Part shown: positions 61,235-64,000 of the stretch, piece by piece | Layout of the letters: the number at the start of each line of letters is the position of its first letter | How positions within the stretch are numbered: the stretch's first letter is position 1 | NCBI RefSeq assembly: GCF_035594765.1 | Contig: NC_085846.1 | Location: forward strand, 39,109,190 to 39,173,189 | DNA: 64,000 nucleotides | Reading direction: 5' to 3' | From: Anolis carolinensis | Taxonomy: Eukaryota | Position numbers and translations under genes: made by a program | The notes under the pieces: model-generated | Databases searched by the model: none | What the model saw: only the letters and a program-made list of their open reading frames with translations | Told to the model about the DNA's origin: nothing

Positions 61235-63860
61235 TATCCTCCAAGACATTCCTCTTGGAGTTCGGTGTCATATTTATGCAGAGGACACCCAACTCCATTA
61301 CTTGAGAAGCCAGACTTGGCCACAGTGGTACACACATTTGTTTCATCGTGAATAGACTACTGCAATGCGCTCTACGTGGGGTTGCCTTTGAAGACTATTC
61401 GGAAGCTACAAATGGGCCAACGGATGGCAGCCAGATTCCTCACTGGGATGGCATCCAGGGAGCACACAACCCCCCTGCTATGTCAGTTCCACTGGCTGCC
61501 AGTCTGTTACTGAGTACACGTCAAAGTGCTGGCTTTAGGCTATAAAGACCTAAATAGTACTGGCCCAGCTTACCTGTCCGAACATATCTCCCTCTATGAC
61601 CTACCTCGGAGGTTAAGATCTTCTGGGGAGGCCCTTCTCTCAGTCCCACCTCCTTCACTACCGTGATTGGTAGGCACAAGAGACAGGGCCTTCTTAATGG
61701 TGGCCCTTCAGCAATGGAGCTCCCTCCCCAGCGAAATTAAAGCAGCCCCCTTCCTCTTGTCCTTCAGGATGAAAGTAAAAGCCTGGTTATGGAAGCTAGT
61801 TTTTGGCTAGCCAGTTAGTGCAATATGAGTATGTGCAATAGTGAAATGACTATTGGAATGGCCTTGGATTTTGATTCTGGATGACGTGATTTTAATGATT
61901 GTTTTATTATTGTTTGATTTTTTATTTTAATGTCTATGTTAATTTTATTGTATGTATGTATGTATGTATGTTCATGGCATCAAATTGCTGCCTTTCTGTA
62001 AGGCCGCTCTGAGTCCTCCTTATGGGGTGAGAAAGGTGGGCTATAAATGTAGTAAATAAGTAAATATTCCTTTCCACCAAAAGCCAAGGATCCTGAAACA
62101 GTGCCTGTCAGCTGTAATGGACTGAATGTGGGTGAATAGATTGAAATTAAATCCCGACAAGACAGAGATGCTCCTGGTCAGTTGCAAGGCAGATCAGGGT
62201 ATAGGAATGCAACCTGTGCTGGATGAGATTACAATCCCCCTGAAGGCTCAGGTACACAACCTGGGGGGGATCCTGGACTCATCACTGACCCTGGAGCCAC
62301 AGGTGTCAGCGGTGTCAAGGAGCACCTTTGCACAATTAAAACTTGTGCGCCAGCTGCGCCCGTACCTTGAGACGCCAGACTTTGCCACCATAGTGCATGC
62401 CCTAGTGACATCTCAATTTGACTGATAATAATAATAACAATAACAACAACTGCAAAAGGCCACCCTACTGGGATCTGCACGCATCATCCGAAAATACATC
62501 ACACAGTCCTAAACACTTGGGAAGTGTTCGACTTGTGATTTTGTGATACGAAATCCAGCATATCTATCTTGTTTGCTGTGTCATATGTCGTTGTGTCAAT
62601 AATAATAATAAAATCTTTATTTGTATCCTGCTTTTGTCCCTAAAACTGGACCCAAAGTGGCTCACAACATTGTGTAAAAGACAATATAAAATAATGTACA
62701 TATATAAAACACAACCTATAAAACTATTTTGCAATCAGAGATAATTATACATATTTAAAAACATTCATCTAATACAATTATTACAAGTTACTCAACAAGG
62801 CAGATAATAAGATTAACACGACTCAATAAAAGTTAGCCTTCCTGTCATTACAGCTAAGTGTCTTCATCAAAAGCTTGCATGAACAGGAAGGTCTTTAGCT
62901 GCTTTTTAAAAGATTTCAGAGAAGGGGGTGTTTTAACCTTCTTAGAGAGGGATTCCAAAGAGTTGGAGCAGCCACTGAGAAGGCCCTCTCTCTCGTTGGC
63001 ACCAACTGCATTTGTGATGGTGGTGACAGTGGGAGCAGGGCCTCGCTAGAGGATCTTAACATTTGGGCAGGTTGCTATGAGAAGATGCAGTCAGATAGGT
63101 AAGTAGGACCTGAACTATTTGGGGCAATGGTTTCAACCTGTGGGTCCCCAGATGTTTTGACCTTCAACTCCCAGAGATCCTAACAGCTGATAAACTGGCT
63201 GGGATTTCTGGGAGTTGTAGGCCAAAACACCTGGGGACCCATAGGTTGTGAACCACTGATTTAGGGCTTTAAAGATCAAAACCAGCACCAGGCCCAGAGA
63301 GGAATGGGCAGCCAGTGCAGGTGCTTTAACAGGGAGGTGGTATGCTCCCTGTGTCCAGCACCTGTTAATAACCTACTGCAACACACTCCACCTGGGGCTG
63401 CCTTTGAAGAGCGTTCGGAAGTTTCAACTGATTTCAACTAACCTGGTTAGTTTCAACTAACCTGGTCAGCTACCAGGTTACTAACTGGAGCACCACACAG
63501 GGATCGAACAACTCCCATGCTACAGCAGCTCCACTGCTCCCAGTTTGCTACCAAGAGAAATTTAAAGTGCTGATCAGTACCTTTAAAGCCCTAAACAGTT
63601 TGGGATCAGACTATTTGGCCAACCACCCCTCTTCATACGAACCTGCCCAGACACTGCGATCATCATGGGAAACCCTCTTCGCTCCCCCGCCTCCATCTCA
63701 AATCCGGTTGATGGGACGAGAGAGAGGGCCTTCTTCAGTTCCCGCCCCCCCCCCCCCCCCCCCGAACTGCCTTCTGAAGGAAATCAAAACGTTCTCCTCG
63801 CTACCCTTCTTCAAAAAGCAGTTAAAAACTTTTTTGTTCTCCCAAGCAATATGTCAGCCC
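61235..63860 (+). mobile_element. L2 LINE remnant in PIP4K2B intron 1 with nested L2, R4 and hAT insertions
   Basis: Host pieces [10 protein letters not shown] (~61270), NRLKLNPDKTEMLLV...HALVTSQFD (62126-62423) and YCNTLHLGLPLK (from ~63374) are collinear L2 RT segments separated by insertions. Confidence 0.8.
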
Positions 63861-64000
63861 CTTTCTGTACTTAACTGTAGAACCCTATATATCTCACAAG
63901 TGAAATCATTTGATTTCATTGCAACATAGTTCCATCTATGTGGGATTGAAGCCTTATTCAAATGTACTGTACCAATAACTCTCATGCATTTATCAGCTAT

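Noticed and set aside
60849-61355. 168-aa ORF as a complete protein
   Set aside because: It is PIP4K2B exon 1 read through its donor into an L2 remnant. The real start is 60954.

Overview
Squamate (very probably Anolis lizard) genomic DNA, judged from its repeats: Sauria SINE, Anolis SINE2-type, Penelope, R4/Rex6-Dong, BovB, L2, hAT, mariner, Harbinger and Helitron. Five spliced protein-coding genes lie on the + strand, reconstructed exon by exon from GT-AG junctions: TMEM98 (6 coding exons, 226 aa), RPL23 (5 exons, 140 aa, 5' TOP tract), C17orf98/SPMAP1 (3 exons, 154 aa), CWC25 (10 exons, about 402 aa) and the first coding exon of PIP4K2B. There is a tRNA-Cys(GCA) on the - strand and an H/ACA snoRNA (SNORA21) in RPL23 intron 2. 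Most ORFs in the supplied track are spurious or transposon fragments. The main non-genic signal is about a dozen Penelope-borne minimal type-I hammerhead ribozyme motifs. Some sit in back-to-back palindromes, most are decayed at CpGs, and one intact copy lies on the sense strand between the RPL23 poly(A) signal and the RFX-rich SPMAP1 promoter. TMEM98 abuts the tRNA-Cys/RPL23 block where mammals have LASP1, implying a synteny break. All family and gene names come from recall, with no database search. Repeat boundaries are approximate.
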